A stretch of 63,837 bases of DNA, counting the filler, from Olpidium bornovanus S191 (taxonomy: Eukaryota; Fungi; Olpidiomycota), in the NCBI GenBank assembly GCA_017911155.1. It is 33 parts of 33 records of this genome, joined end to end, with 100 filler letters (N's around TTAATTAATTAA, not from the genome) between each part and the next. Parts side by side here need not be neighbours in the genome. Positions count along the whole stretch, not along the records: positions 47,462 to 48,941 come from JAEFCI010005775.1; positions 49,042 to 50,467 come from JAEFCI010001731.1; positions 50,568 to 52,001 come from JAEFCI010001566.1; positions 52,102 to 53,596 come from JAEFCI010010404.1; positions 53,697 to 55,403 come from JAEFCI010007490.1; positions 55,504 to 58,740 come from JAEFCI010008445.1; positions 58,841 to 60,467 come from JAEFCI010001994.1; 26 more parts are not named here. The stretch is one strand, 5' to 3'. Each line of letters starts with the position of its first letter. Position 1 is the first letter of the stretch. The position numbers were made by a program, and so were the translations under genes. The notes under the pieces are model-generated. The model did not search any database and was not told the origin of the DNA. It saw only the letters and a program-made list of their open reading frames with translations. Of the stretch, positions 47,553-60,567 are shown piece by piece.

Positions 47553-48856
47553 CTGAGGTAATCTTTGTGCCGCTGGCCGGCGAAGATGTACAGCTGCCGT
47601 TCCTTAGGGTTGAACAGCATCGAGTGACCGATGCGTGACTTCAGCGGACCTTCGGAGGAATCCGTTCTGCAAAAGCGGGAAATCCCGGGAGCGCGCGCGG
47701 ACATTTTTAGAAAACAAAAAAGGGTCAAAGCTCCCTTCGTCAAAGGGCGGCCGCATCATCTGTCTTGGCCCCTCTCCCCGTTTCCCCCTCCCCTTCCCCC
47801 CCCCCATCCCCCGGCGTACGCACCTTATGCGCTTCCACCGGTTCATTGGGATGTGATACGCGTACAGGCCGCTGTACGTGTGGTTGTTCGTGTCCGGATG
47901 CACGATACGTCCGCCGAAAACGTACATGACGTGGGTGGTGGGGTCCACGCACATTTGATGGTCGTAGATGAGTTCAGGGCCGCCGTCCGCCTGGATTTCC
48001 AAGGAAAAGCGTTTTTTTTTGTTTTTTTTTTTTTGCTTGCGTCAGGCTCCGCCCCCCACCCTTTGTGCGCCGCAAATCCGCTAGATTCCAAAAAAAAAAA
48101 AAAAAAAAAAAACGGCCGAAGAAGCGCAGACAACGGGCGCGACCATCCCCCCTCCCCCCCCCCGCCTCCCCTCTCCGTTCGGCGTGCCCACCGCCGTGTT
48201 CCCGGAGATTTTGAACCACGTCCCCCTGGCGACGTCGTATCTGTAGAAGTCGCTGTCGAGGTTCGTGTTGGCCCTGCTCTCCTGGTCGACGTAGCGGCCC
48301 AGCACGTAGATCTGCTGGAGGGCGGGGTCGAAGGTGATCTTGTGGCACGAGCGCGGGCACGGGCCCCCGTCCATGCGGGTGTCGGGGCAGATCAGGATCC
48401 AGCGGTTGAGCGCAATGTCGTACGCCCAGAAGTCGGCGATGTCGCGGGTGCCGTCCCCCCCGCCGAGGAGGTATATCCTCCCGGCCTGCACGTCGATGCA
48501 CATCTGGTGCCCGCCGCGCATGCACGGCGTGTCGCCGGCTGGAGAAGAGACGGGCAAAAAGAGGAACTGTCATGTTGAGGAGGGTGAAGGGAAGCGGCGG
48601 TAGAAAACGTTTTCCTGGCATTTTGGGAAAGATCGCGGGGCACAAAAGAGCAGTTTGCCATCCGCGATCCCCCCGGCGGGAAAGGTGGAATGGGGGGGGG
48701 AAGGGGACCGCCCCGCTCCCGCTTACGCAGGTTGTCCGGAATGATCCGCTTCCAGAACGGCTTGTAGGGGCAGTTGCTGATGTATTCGTCGAACAGGCCG
48801 CGGTCGGCGGATTGCTGCATCATGACCTCCGCTTGCATCAAGTTTCCCTCCGTGAC
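47553..48856 (-). CDS. MKLN1: Muskelin (LisH/CTLH plus kelch repeats), internal exons
   Basis: GLFDEYIS..PYKPFWKRI | PCMRGGHQMCID..IYLLGG..DIADFWAY..GPCPRSCHKITFD..IYVLGRY..SDFYRYD | GGPELIYDHQMCVD..YVFGG | KSRIGHSMLFN..LYIFAGQRHKDYL. Confidence 0.93.
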
Positions 48857-49531
48857 CTTTTTTATTTTTTTTTTTTAAATTTTTTTCCCAAAACGGCGGC
48901 GTTGCCTCGCGCGCGTTTTACCAATCCGGCCGGGCGGGATANNNNNNNNNNNNNNNNNNNNNNNNNNNNNNNNNNNNNNNNNNNNTTAATTAATTAANNN
49001 NNNNNNNNNNNNNNNNNNNNNNNNNNNNNNNNNNNNNNNNNGCCATGACATCTGGGGCCTTTGCATCTGCCCGCGCATTTGCCGGCATTATCCGCCCTTG
49101 GAATCCGTCTTCGCACGTAACTTCTCATCTGGCTTCGCATTCTTGCTTCGCTGTCGACCCCGCGCCTGCCCGGCGGGCATCAGGCGCCGTTACCTTTGCG
49201 TCAGCATTCACACGTAGCTTTTCATCCCAGTGCTCGCGCCGCCAAAGCATCTCCCAGACAGACGTGCGCACCAGATGCAGGCCACGGGCGAACGGGGGCT
49301 TGTTGACGGGCAGGCAGGCCGGCTCTCTGTCGCCAGGTTGCCTCCCCCAACAGGCAATATTCGGGTGGGGTGGGGGGGGGGAGTGTCGAAGGTGGGGGCA
49401 CGCCAGATCCAAAAAAAAAAACCCAGGCAAAAAACCCCGCCGCCACTCCTCTGTTCCCCCCCTTCCCCCCCACCGCGAAAAGTTTTCCCCGCAGCTGTTC
49501 CGTACCGCCTAGCCCGTCCCCGCTGAACACC

Positions 49532-50185
49532 ATGTCCGAGTCCGGCGAGCCCGTCGTGGCCGTCGCCAGCGCAGACCAGTTCAAAAGCGCCATCGCCGGT
49601 CCAAACCTCGTCGTCGTCGACTTCTACGCCACGTGGTGCGGGTGCGTGTCCCGAAAAAAAAAGAAAACGAAAAACCTTGCCGTCCCCACCCGACGCCGCC
49701 GCCTTCCGCTTCCTTGCTTTCCCCGCGCCCACCGGCGCACTGGCACCGCCGACGTCGCGCCGTTTTCAAGGCGCCGCGCGGGGACGCGAAGGGCGCCGGC
49801 GTTTTTATTTTTATTTTTATTTTTTTTTTGCTTCCCCGCCCTTTTCGCCGCCCACCGGGGCTCGGCATACGTTGTTTGTGCCGGCCGAGCGCGCTGTTTT
49901 GGTCCCGCATGGCGCGCACTGCTCGACCGTGACCCCCGCGGCCCTTTCTCCCCCCCCCCTTTCCCATCCGCCCGTTTTGCCCACGTGTCTCGCCTGTGCA
50001 CGAGACGTGTCTTTTTTTGAATTCTGTGCTCGTTCATTTCTTTGCCGAAATTTTGACCCGCTTTGCCCCCCGAAATTTTCGACGGGAAACGCAGACCGTG
50101 TAAGATGATCGCGCCGAAGATCGAAGGTTTCGCCAAGGCCTACCCGAACGCGAAATTTTTTAAAGTCAACGTCGACGAGCTTGCG
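49532..50185 (+). CDS. TRX1: Thioredoxin, first two exons, 3'-partial
   Basis: LVVVDFYATWCG|PCKMIAPKIEGFAKAYPNAKFFKVNVDEL; exons 49532-49641 and 50095-50185. Paralog number not determinable. Confidence 0.95.
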
Positions 50186-50368
50186 GTACGCGTTCGGGTT
50201 GCCCCCGATGACGATCCCATGGCCGCACGTGGACGGGATAGATGTTTTGCACTCCGGGTGGATTTTCCCTTGCTTTTGCAGCGGCGAGGGTTTAAATGTG
50301 GAATGGCTGGTGCCCGATTGGATGTGCTGGCCCGTTCTTACCAGAAACCTTTGTTTGCGATTTCTTTT

Positions 50369-50413
<45 letters not shown>

Positions 50414-50567
50414 ACGAACCTCCCCCCACACACGGCGGCACAGCGCCTCCCGCCCCCCCCCCCCGCCNNNNNNNNNNNNNNNNNNNNNNNNNNNNNNNNN
50501 NNNNNNNNNNNTTAATTAATTAANNNNNNNNNNNNNNNNNNNNNNNNNNNNNNNNNNNNNNNNNNNN

Positions 50568-51179
50568 AAGAGATCAGTTGGCTGCGACAAATCTACAATA
50601 CCATCACGGGCGACCAAACAGCGACCAAACTTTACATTGACAATCGTGGCGCAATCGAGCTGGCGTCCGACCCGCGCCGCACTTCAAATGGTCCAAACAT
50701 ATCGACCTCCGGCATTTCTACGTTCGCGAATGTGTGACTGACGGAAAGGTCGACGTCCTCCCGGTTCCAACCACTGAGAACCTCGCGGACAAAATGACGA
50801 AAGGTCTCCCAGCACCCGCGCTTTCCAAGTTCCGCGATGCAATCGGTGTCCAACCTTTGCCCTCGGCACAAGACGTCAAGACGGGCACCGGTTAACGTCA
50901 TGGAAAGGCACGCGGGATCTGCGAAGGCGGAGATCGCATATTTTTTTTTTCGTCTCTTTCTCGTACACGTAACCTCACCTCTTATTTCACCCCTCCGAAG
51001 TTTTCTTTTCTTTACCTTTCACCTGTTACCATGTGCGCTCGAGGAGGGGTGTCGTAGAAAATGGTAGGTACGAGCGCATTAAAAGAAGAAAACCTCCGAA
51101 CGAGAACAACGCTTTTCCACACCCCGAATAAATAATAAAAGAAAACTAGGCGCATAAAACTGCACATACGGACCTAACA
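50568..51179 (+). mobile_element. Ty1/copia 3' end: RNase H, PPT and ~130-bp 3' LTR
   Basis: EISWLRQI..LYIDNRGAIELA (frameshift) SKHIDLRHFYVRE..ENLADKMTKGL; PPT GAGGAGGGG 51041-51049; TGTCG at 51050 to TAACA at 51179 with AATAAA inside. Confidence 0.85.
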
Positions 51180-51182
51180 AGA

Positions 51183-51900
51183 ATGACGCCAAGACGTTTC
51201 ATGGAATGGGTCGAGGCGCCTCGTGATGGCGCCGACCCGGAAGTGGTGATACGCGAGTTCAACCGGAAGTTTGAGCAGCTTGACCAGCGCGGGAGGGCGA
51301 GGTTTTACGATCGCACGGAGTTCCTGTTCCGGGCGCTGGCGGCCAACAGGCGGACGGAGGCAATGAAAAGACTTCGCGATGGCAAGAATCTGGTGGAGGA
51401 TTGGGGGCGGGTGGCTGAGGTCGTCCGCGAGATGTCGCGGGGCGATTAGCTGCTCAGGAGGGTGGAAACGGCGGTCACCGACGTGGAGACGAGGCAGGAG
51501 CGCTCGCCGACCGAGGGCCCTCCAACGAGACAAACCGCTGACAGGGGACCAAGGAAGGAGGCCGAGATGGATGAACTTATCCGGCAGATGGGGGCGCTTA
51601 GGCTGGATCTCAATCGCTTGCTGGCTTCAACAGCCCTGGGTGCAAATCCTTCGACGAGGCCTTCGACGGGGCGGCCGGACCTAGGGCTTGCTCGGGACCT
51701 ACCAGCTCAGCAAGACCAGGGGCAGAGGGATCTGTGCATCTGGTGTGACGCACCTGGCCATCGGCGGGCGCAATGTCCCGATTTCCAGGCCGCGTTGAAC
51801 GCGAGAGCCATCCAGTTGGTGGCCGGGAGGATCTGTAGGCTGGATGGAAGCGTGCTGGGGGTAAGGTTCGGGAGGGGAGGAATGTTGAAATTTTCCCACG
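51183..51900 (+). mobile_element. Ty3/gypsy-type Gag with CCHC zinc knuckle, interrupted by an in-frame TAG
   Basis: ..DWGRVAEVVREMSRGD*LLRR..EMDELIRQMGALRL..CIWCDAPGHRRAQC..LDGSVLGVRFGRGGM; the two ORFs (51183, 51462) share a frame. Confidence 0.75.
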
Positions 51901-53696
51901 TGACCCGATGCCACCAAGAGGTGACCGACGGCGAACGCAGCAGCAGCGCCGCAGAAGACAGAACCGCGCAATGCGGATGCCGGACGGAAGCATGCGAATC
52001 GNNNNNNNNNNNNNNNNNNNNNNNNNNNNNNNNNNNNNNNNNNNNTTAATTAATTAANNNNNNNNNNNNNNNNNNNNNNNNNNNNNNNNNNNNNNNNNNN
52101 NGTCAGTGTCCCCCCCCTTCCCAGTTTGAAGTGCGAAGCCCGGAGTTCGGTCCTTGAACTATTCCGAAGCCAAAGCGTGCCTCGACGAAGCCGGCCCCTA
52201 GCTCAAAAAGGCCCTCGGCGGGTTCGGCTCCACTCACCTGCTTTCTTTTCCCCGTCGTCTTGAAGACGCCGAACCACGGCTTTTGAGCTCGACACCGGGC
52301 CTTGTGGAAAGTCGTTGTTCCAGCTCTTGCACTTGAAACTTCAAAACCCAGCCTTTGAATTCCAGTTCTCGCGAGCGTTCTCTCCGTCTCCCTTTCTCTT
52401 TTCTTCTCCTACTCGCTCTGGGGTTCGTTTGCTCTACGACTTTAACGCTACTCGAGAACGCGTTTGTTCTATTCTGCGAGAGTTTTCGCCGCGCGTGGGG
52501 GTTCGGGAGGGGGTGTTTCTAGAATTTTTTTTGAGGGCGGAGCGGAAGAAGGAAATTCTTTGGGGGGGGGGGCACCATACACGTCTAAAGTCACAACGCG
52601 TAATCCATCTTCTTCCGCAGCCTCGCGTTCAGCCCAATATTTTATCGGTAGTCGCCTTGAGTTTCTCGCTTCACAACAGCCGCCCCCCCGGGACTGACGA
52701 GCTTGTTTCGGCAGTCACGGTGTATCACGTGACTGACAGCTCTTTTGGTTTTTAACGAGTCGGATTTGGCTCCATCAACGCCACTCGCCCCACGCCGATA
52801 CCATACCGCACTTCAGTTTCCCGCGCGTCCACCCGTCCACCCAGCCACGATGTCGTCCTCTGCGTCCGCTGCTCCTGCGTCCGCCCCGGTCCCGTTCGCC
52901 GGGAGACGTCTCGATGCCAACACTCGTCGGATCTATACGGCTATCTGGGCGTACCGGTTGCGCGATTCCCGCATCTTGCTTGCTGCCGCGGCTGCGTGCG
53001 TCGCCGATCGGCCAACACCGGAACGTTAATGCACTTTACGTGGACGCATGATTTGCTTTATCCATTACGCGTGGAGGTTTTGCGCCGTCCACGAGGACGG
53101 ACACACCGAAGCATGCGTTGCCCTTCTCCAGTTAGTCCCGATCCTTCCTTCGTAATGCAACCCCACTTTGGCAAAAAACCTCGCGTTCGATTCCTTGCAG
53201 ACTTCGCCGTTCCATGATCGAGGCCTTCCTTCAGGTCATGAATTGGCCAGCCACCTTTTGGCTGCCCGCGGATTCCCGCGACCTGGAATTCCTGTTCCTT
53301 CCGTCAGACATGCAATACTGTGGTCCTGGTGGCCCTGAGGATCGTGACTATGATCCGCGTCCCGCCCCCGTCGCCGATGACAGTTATATTCAAGTCCGCG
53401 TTCTCATGCGCCCGGTTTTCCCGCCACAACCAGACGCCGAACTCCCCGACGATGCCCCGGCAGCCATCTCTCCTCACGCTCGGAATACCTGGTTCCCCGA
53501 GTCCGCCAAAGTGCCGAATCCTATAATTTCCTCCGCCGGCTCGCTGTCACACGGGAGGATCCTCCTATTGACATGTCCCGGGTTGATCAGGGTCAANNNN
53601 NNNNNNNNNNNNNNNNNNNNNNNNNNNNNNNNNNNNNNNNTTAATTAATTAANNNNNNNNNNNNNNNNNNNNNNNNNNNNNNNNNNNNNNNNNNNN

Positions 53697-53920
53697 CTGG
53701 CGAAAAGGATACGCAATACGGAAAGTGCCAATTCCGGCAGGTCAGCGTTTTGTGACCTGTTCACATTTCCTGATTGACCTCTGCAAAGTCATGCCGTACC
53801 CGCAAATCGCTGGCGGGGATGCGCCGTTCGCGCGTCCCAGAAGACGATAGCATTATCCTTCTCGTCCGTCGAAATTACAAAGTCCTCTTTCCAGGAGAGG
53901 GCAATCTGGGCAGGAACGGT
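53697..53920 (-). CDS. WD40-repeat protein C-terminal exons, WDR47-like (tentative)
   Basis: Exon 53920-53800: QIALSWKEDFVISTDEKDNAIVFWDARTAHPRQRFA|GH, resembling the last blades of WDR47. Confidence 0.55.
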
Positions 53921-55503
53921 CTGCGAAACTCATGAAAATTAGCGCCGAATGGAACGTGGAATCAGTCGAAAGCAGAAAAAGCTAAAGGTGCGCAAACGCC
54001 AAAGAGCGAAAATCAGAGTAACGTAAAGAGGAGGCGGGGGAGGGGGGGGGGGGAAGGGGGGGGGGGGCCCGGGGGGGGGGGGGGGGGGGGGGGGAGATCG
54101 GAGGACGGGACGGTCGAGACGCGGACGGTCGAGACGCGGACGGTCGAAACGAACACGCGTCCCTCTGGCCTCAGGGCGGCGGAGGGTCGCGCGGCGGCGG
54201 CTTTCCGGGAGGCTCGCGAATTTTCGCGGCACTCAAAACGCCCCGTCACGAAAAGCGGACCGGCGCGAGAAACCGCGCCCCGAGCTGACCCCCCCCCCCC
54301 CGCGGCGGGGGGGGGGGGGGGGGGGTGGGGGGGGGGGGGGGGGGGGGGGGGGGGGTAAGGAGGGAAGGGAAGGCCGCAGTTAGGATTTACGGCACGGGTT
54401 CAGACTTCGTGTGAAACCGCGGCTAGGCGGGCGAGGTCCGCCGTCACTGCTGTTGGACAGCCGGCAGGCGCTGCTCGCGCCGGCGACCATTCTGGGCGCT
54501 GGGTCGTCGCCGCCCGGAATCGTTACGCACAAGCGACGTTTTGAATGGAATGGCTTGGCCGATCCGGCTTGTGCAGCCTGGCATTCGTCAAACCGTTGGG
54601 GAATCCTTGGGGTATAGGCTCCTCGATGAGAGCCGTCAATTGGAGCGCCAAATACGCCCGGAGAATTCGACAGCGGCGCCTATTCCACGGGCGTCGGCCG
54701 GATGGGGAGCGCCAACGTCCCCCTCCCCCCCTCGCCTTCCCCTGGTCGTGTAACAAGCCGAAAAAGGCAAGACTCGTGCAGGTGGAACAGGGTTAAGATC
54801 TCGTTGTCCCCCGCCCCCCGCCCCCGCTCCCCTCCCCGCCGCCGGTATCCTCTCGTTCACCGCCAGTTCTTCTGGAAGTAGGGGCGAATCTGATATCAGG
54901 CTGACCGACTTATCCTCGGTTGTCGCGTTAGTGCGCCCAACGACATCCGCGTTCGCGCGCGGCCGACAAATGAACGTTTTTTTCCTTTTTTTATATTTCT
55001 TTTTTTTTTGTAGTCGATTTCCCGGGGGAAAGAGGGTGCGAACGACGTGAATTTTGGACGAGGAAAGAAATTCTGAAGCGGTTAAGCGAACCGCGACTGA
55101 GACCAGAGAAATCCCCCCCGCCCCCCGCCCTTTTTCCCTCCCCACCCCCTTCCTTCCCGCCCCGCAGAATCATCCACCCATAGCAACGTAAACTCCTGCC
55201 CTCCTCCTAAACCGTCCCACATCAACCCCTCTGCTGGCCGTCGTTCGCTCCTCCGTTCCGTCCGGCTGCGCTGCTCGTGAAGCATGTCCGGCGACGGCCG
55301 ACGTTCGTTTGCGATTTCGCAGAGTGAACCATTGCGTGCGATTCCTTTTATTTTCTTCCTTTTTTTTTTTCTTCTTTTTTCCGGAATCTGCTAAACGTGG
55401 AAANNNNNNNNNNNNNNNNNNNNNNNNNNNNNNNNNNNNNNNNNNNNTTAATTAATTAANNNNNNNNNNNNNNNNNNNNNNNNNNNNNNNNNNNNNNNNN
55501 NNN

Positions 55504-55573
<70 letters not shown>

Positions 55574-57474
55574 CCCCCCCCGCCCCGCCCCGCCCCGCCC
55601 CGGACCTCCTCCCCCTCCACGCGCTCAGGCGGTTGGCCAGGAAAAGAACCCAAAAAAAAAAAAAAAACGAAAAAAAAAACCAAAAAAAAGGGCGAGCTTC
55701 GACCCGGCCTGGAGATGGCGGGCCTTTTCGACTGGTTTTTCCTTCCTCCGACAGCGCGCAAGACCGGTTTCCGCCCTGTGCCCCGGCACAGCAGGACGTA
55801 CTCCGTCGAAAAAGCGATCAAATGGTAAGAGGGAGGGAGGGGAGGGGAGGGGGGCCGCGTTGACACGCACGCACGCACGCACCCCGCGGGTTCCCCTCGC
55901 CGCCGCGCGCCCCCCCCCCCCCCGTTGCAGTTTGTTGTTGGCTGGTTTCCTTTCCGCCTCTCCTCTGTCTTCGGTCCGTCTCTTCCTCCTACCGCGCCCC
56001 TCCCCGCCGCGAACGCTGAAAATCCCCGGTTTCCGCCCCCTTTTCCAACCTCCGCGCTTTCCGCCCCCGGTCCACCTCCCTCCCCGCCCGGGGTGGGGTC
56101 CTATTCGCCGGCTCCGGACGCAGGGCACCGACTTTTGGTCGCTGGTATTTTTGTACTTTCCTCGCCGTGGCCTACTTCTGCGAGGGCATCGGCCCGATAA
56201 GGGACCTCACTTTTGCCAAGCTGCCCATCAAACTTAAGCGTTGGTCTCTGCCGGATACGGCATAAGGACGGGAATTAACGCGCGCAGGTGAGAGGGCCCG
56301 CCGCCGCCGTGACACCGCAGGGCGAGAGGGGCGTGGGAGGAGAAGAGGGAGCGTGATCGGGGCGTCTTGTTAACCAACCAACCCCCCCCCCCCCGCGCGT
56401 TTTCTTTTAAAAAAAAAACATTTACTGGCCCAGGGGGTTGTCGCCGGTGTTTGTAGCGTCGGTCTGCAGCTTGGCAAACATCACCCCCATCCCTTCCCTC
56501 CTCGCGAGCAAGCCCTCTTCTCCGGTGGCGGGGGTAAAAAAAAAGAAATAGGGAGCAGATCAACGTACATCGCCGGAAACACAACGCACCAGCACCCCTT
56601 CTCTCTTGTGTTTCGCCACCCGTCCTCCGACCGCATTTAACCTTTTTTTTTCTTCCACTTTCTCGCCCGACCGACCGTGCCGTCCGGAGGGGTCGGGGAT
56701 CGGCCCCCCGGCTGATAAGCGCGGCCCCCCTCGCCCCGTTGAAAACTCCCGAGCGAAATAAACGAGGATCGTGTTGAATTGGGGGGTGGCGGTTTTGGTG
56801 TACGAGGGGTTTTCTGGCGGCCCGGCGGCGGGTCTCACGCCAGCGGTCTCTGGCCTTCCGGCGCGCGCGCGCGCGGAGGGCTGCGGTCGCTTTTGACTCG
56901 CCGCCTCGGGCGGAGGAGGTTGTTTATCGATCGGTGTTTGATAAACCGGCGGGACGTCGGCTGCAGAGAAGGAAGCCCCCCCGGGTTGGGGACAGAGCCG
57001 CGGACGAGAAGGAGAAAGGTACCGGGACCGGCGGAACGCTTTGGTTTGCCTCAGATCCTCCTGCTTTTGCCGAATAAGGGGCTCTTTTCCTTTCTCCACG
57101 GAAACAGCGGGGGTGACGCTGCCTACCGAAAGCTGCAAACCGCCGAAGCAGACATTTGCGGACGTAATTCGCGCGGCCGCGGGCCGGTGGGGCCGCGGGA
57201 AAACGGTCTTCAGTTTCGCGATGGCGGAGGGCCGATCGCGTGCGTCATTTGTCACCGCGATGCCATTGTACAGTCGAAAACGTAATAATTTAATAATTTG
57301 AGGTCAGTCCGGCAGGTTGTCTGGATTCCGAAGGGGGTCAGGAGGGTGGTTTTTTTTTTCGCGGGAGGAGGAGGAAGAAGGAGGAAGGGGAGGGGGGGGG
57401 GGGGGGGAAGGAAGGTCCTGGACGCAAAAGGTGGTTGTGGGACTTCGGATCTTGCCGGCAATTCGAAGTACGTT

Positions 57475-58650
57475 TTACGTCTGTACCGAGTGTTCGAGTC
57501 GAGCCTTCAGCCTCTCGACTTCCCGCTCCGAGCGCAGCGCCCTCTCTCTGCTTTCGAGAGCCTCACGCTCCGCCCGGCGCTTTTGCAGCTGGAGGTTGCT
57601 TTCCGCCAGTTCCTGGAAAGGGCGCGGAACGAAGATTAACCACACAGAAAAAAAAAAAAAAAAAATCAAGAAAAAATAATAAAAAAAAAATTCCCCCGGA
57701 AGGCGCGCGGGTGTGTGGAAACGCGCTCACCAGCTCCTCGATCTGCTGCTTCATCTTGTTCGTCCGCTCCAGGATTTTGGTCATCTCCTCCTCGTAGCGC
57801 GCGCGGGCCTTGTCCCGCTCCGCGAGCGTGTACTGCAGCTCCCGGATAGTGCGCTCCGTTTTCCGCGCGTTGCGGATCGCGTCGTTCTTGTCGCGGGCCT
57901 CCGAGTCGAGCTGCGACGCCAGGTCCTCCAGCCGCGACTCGAGCCGCCGCGACGACTTCTGCGTGTCCGCCGCGGCGCCGGCTTCGAGGTCCACGATCCG
58001 AAGCTGGAGCTCCTTGTTCTGGCGCTCCAGGGCCAACTGTGTGTGCGTGGGTGTGTGTGTGTGTGCGCGCGCGCGCGCGCGAGTTTGCCCGTTGGAGGGG
58101 GAAAAAAAAAATCCGCGCGGGTGGGTGTCGTCAGGAAAGGAGAGGTTCGCGTGCCTGATCACGCGGAAACCTCAAAAAGCAAGATGGAGGAAATGAAATT
58201 GCGTGTGTGTGTGTGGGAGGGGGGGGGTGCCGGGTTCGAAAAATCTGTGAAAGCAAGAGAAGAAAAAAAGAAATGGAGATTAAAAAAATGGTGGGTGGCG
58301 ACGGGGCGGACCTTGCTGCGCTCCAGCTCCGACGCGACGTCCCTGTGCTTCTGCAGCTCGGCCGCCGAGTCCGTCGCCGTCATCTCGGCCTTGCGCAGCT
58401 TGTCCTGCAGCGCGGACGAAATGTCCATCTGCTCCTCCAGGAGCGACCGCAGCTCGACGCACTCCTGGTCCTTGGCATCGAAGTTGCGCAACGCGGCCTG
58501 TCGGCTGCGGTTCGCCTCGTGGATGCCCTCGTTCATCTCTTCGACCCGGCCCTCCAGGTTACGCTTCGACTTCTCCAGGGCCAGCCGTTGCGCTTCCGCG
58601 TCGTCCAAATTCGCTCGGAGGTCGCGGACCTGGGCGAGGAGTACGGCCGT
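57475..58650 (-). CDS. Myosin II heavy chain, C-terminal coiled-coil tail, last three exons
   Basis: LALEKSKRNLEGRVEEM | LALERQNKELQLRIVDLE..LESRLEDLASQLDSE..RKTERTIRELQ..KMKQQIEEL | ELAESNLQLQKRRAEREALESRERALRSEREVERLK..*. Confidence 0.88.
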
Positions 58651-59066
58651 CTGGGAGGAGAAGAAAGGGGGGGGGGGGGGGGGGGGGGGGGGAAAAAAGG
58701 AGGGGGGGGGGGGGGGGGAGGGGTGGGGGGGGGAAGGGGANNNNNNNNNNNNNNNNNNNNNNNNNNNNNNNNNNNNNNNNNNNNTTAATTAATTAANNNN
58801 NNNNNNNNNNNNNNNNNNNNNNNNNNNNNNNNNNNNNNNNCCCCGACTTAGCCAGGGACAGTCCCGAGGAGGAGAAGCAGAACGGTGTGTGGGAGGAGAA
58901 GGAGGGGGGGCGAACGTGGGTGCTAGAAATGAGCGCAAAAAAGTTTATATATGCATTCATGATTACCAGGCGATTGCAGATGCGGAAGAACCCCCCAAAA
59001 CGAGTTTTTTTTTCTCCCTTTGTTTTAGTCCGCAAAAGCAGGTGGAAAGTGAAAATGGGTAGGACA

Positions 59067-59162
59067 CGCTTGAGGTGGTGTTCGTTGACAAGGTGGTAAA
59101 AGGGCGAGAGGTGGCGCTTGAGGTGGTGTTCGTTGACAAGGTGGTAAAAGGGCGAGAGGTGG
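59067..59162. repeat. Perfect 48-bp tandem duplication
   Basis: CGCTTGAGGTGGTGTTCGTTGACAAGGTGGTAAAAGGGCGAGAGGTGG x2. Confidence 0.95.
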
Positions 59163-59735
59163 ACCCGCTGAGGCCCAAAAAAGAAGGGCGACGAAGCGGC
59201 CGGGAGCGTCGGGGGGGTGCGCGCTCTCCGACATTTTGCGTGATGCGGGAGGGAGGAGGAGGAGGAGATGCAGGATCAGGGGCCGGGTGAGGGATGCTTT
59301 CCCTACCCACGGGGCGACTTACCTGCGCATTTTTGGGAGCGACTTTCTCGGTGTTTGATTTTTCACTTTCGTCCCTTTTTTTTTTTTTTTTTTTTTACAT
59401 CGTGTCCTCCCAGGAGGTCAAAAAGAGCCGCCGTTGTGTAGCAGACGCGTTTCTTCGGTCAACGTGGCAAACGAATCTTGGGCCGGGCTAATTTAAACCT
59501 GGCTCAGCTCCGAGCTAATTTAAACGCGAAGCGAGACGTGCTGCGGCTGCAGTTTAGGTGCCACGGGGAATCTCCGGGAAATCGGCTTCCGAGAGAGAAA
59601 GCGAGATGGGGAAAAAGAGCGCACAGCCCGACAGATCAGCTTTCCGTCAGCGAGCTCGCGCAAGCCCGTCCTAACGGAAAGTCGGGTTTTGCCTTTTACG
59701 CCCGGAAAAAAAAAAAAAAAAAAAGGAAAATTTTT

Positions 59736-60467
59736 TTACGAAGCCTGGTCGACCGCAGCTGCGAGCGCAGCGGCTCCGATGCCGCTGCCGTCTTTAATCG
59801 TCTTGAATTCGAACCGCGCCAGAGCTTCGGTTCCCATTAGCTCCGCGAGCGCCTGCTTCATCCGCTCCACAAAGCCGGGATACAAATTGTACACCGACCC
59901 GTCGCCGGCGAGGGTGCTTGGCAGCCGGGAAGAGCTCGCCCTGTCGTTCTGAAGAGACAGGACGGCGGCGACTGCCGCCGCCGAAAGCCGCGCGGAGCGC
60001 AGGGAAATTAGCTGGCATAGACGGTGGATTATCTGCCGGTCCTCCAAGCTCGTCTGCATCTGGACCTGCTCTTTAAAAATGCGCTCGACGCTCTTGAGCT
60101 GTGCCGATGTGTCACTGGAAGTTTAGGACGGAGGTGGATTAAGGCCGGGGTGCGCTCGCAAAAGGTGGAGAAATATAAACCACCCCCCAACGGGCGAATC
60201 TGGCAAGATTCGTACTTCTCAATTGCCGCCATAAGTTTCGTGTCAAACGCCCACAACTCGTGCAACGTAGGAGGGAGATTGCCTCCCGAAAACACCCCGC
60301 GCTTGGCGAGTTCGGCCATGGCCCGCCTGACAACCTCGCCAAGGTACATGCCCGAAATCAGCTTCTCCAAGCGCTGCCTGAATTAGGGACTTTTTCCCAT
60401 AAGCGAACAGAGCAAACGCACCCGACAAGCGTGGACCCAACTAATCAGGATCGAAAACTTACTTTCC
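59736..60467 (-). CDS. Hexokinase, C-terminal exons
   Basis: GK|QRLEKLISGMYLGEVVRR | RSARLSAAAVAA..AGDGSVYNLYPGF..KDGSGIGAAALAA..*. Confidence 0.96.
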
Positions 60468-60567
60468 NNNNNNNNNNNNNNNNNNNNNNNNNNNNNNNNN
60501 NNNNNNNNNNNTTAATTAATTAANNNNNNNNNNNNNNNNNNNNNNNNNNNNNNNNNNNNNNNNNNNN

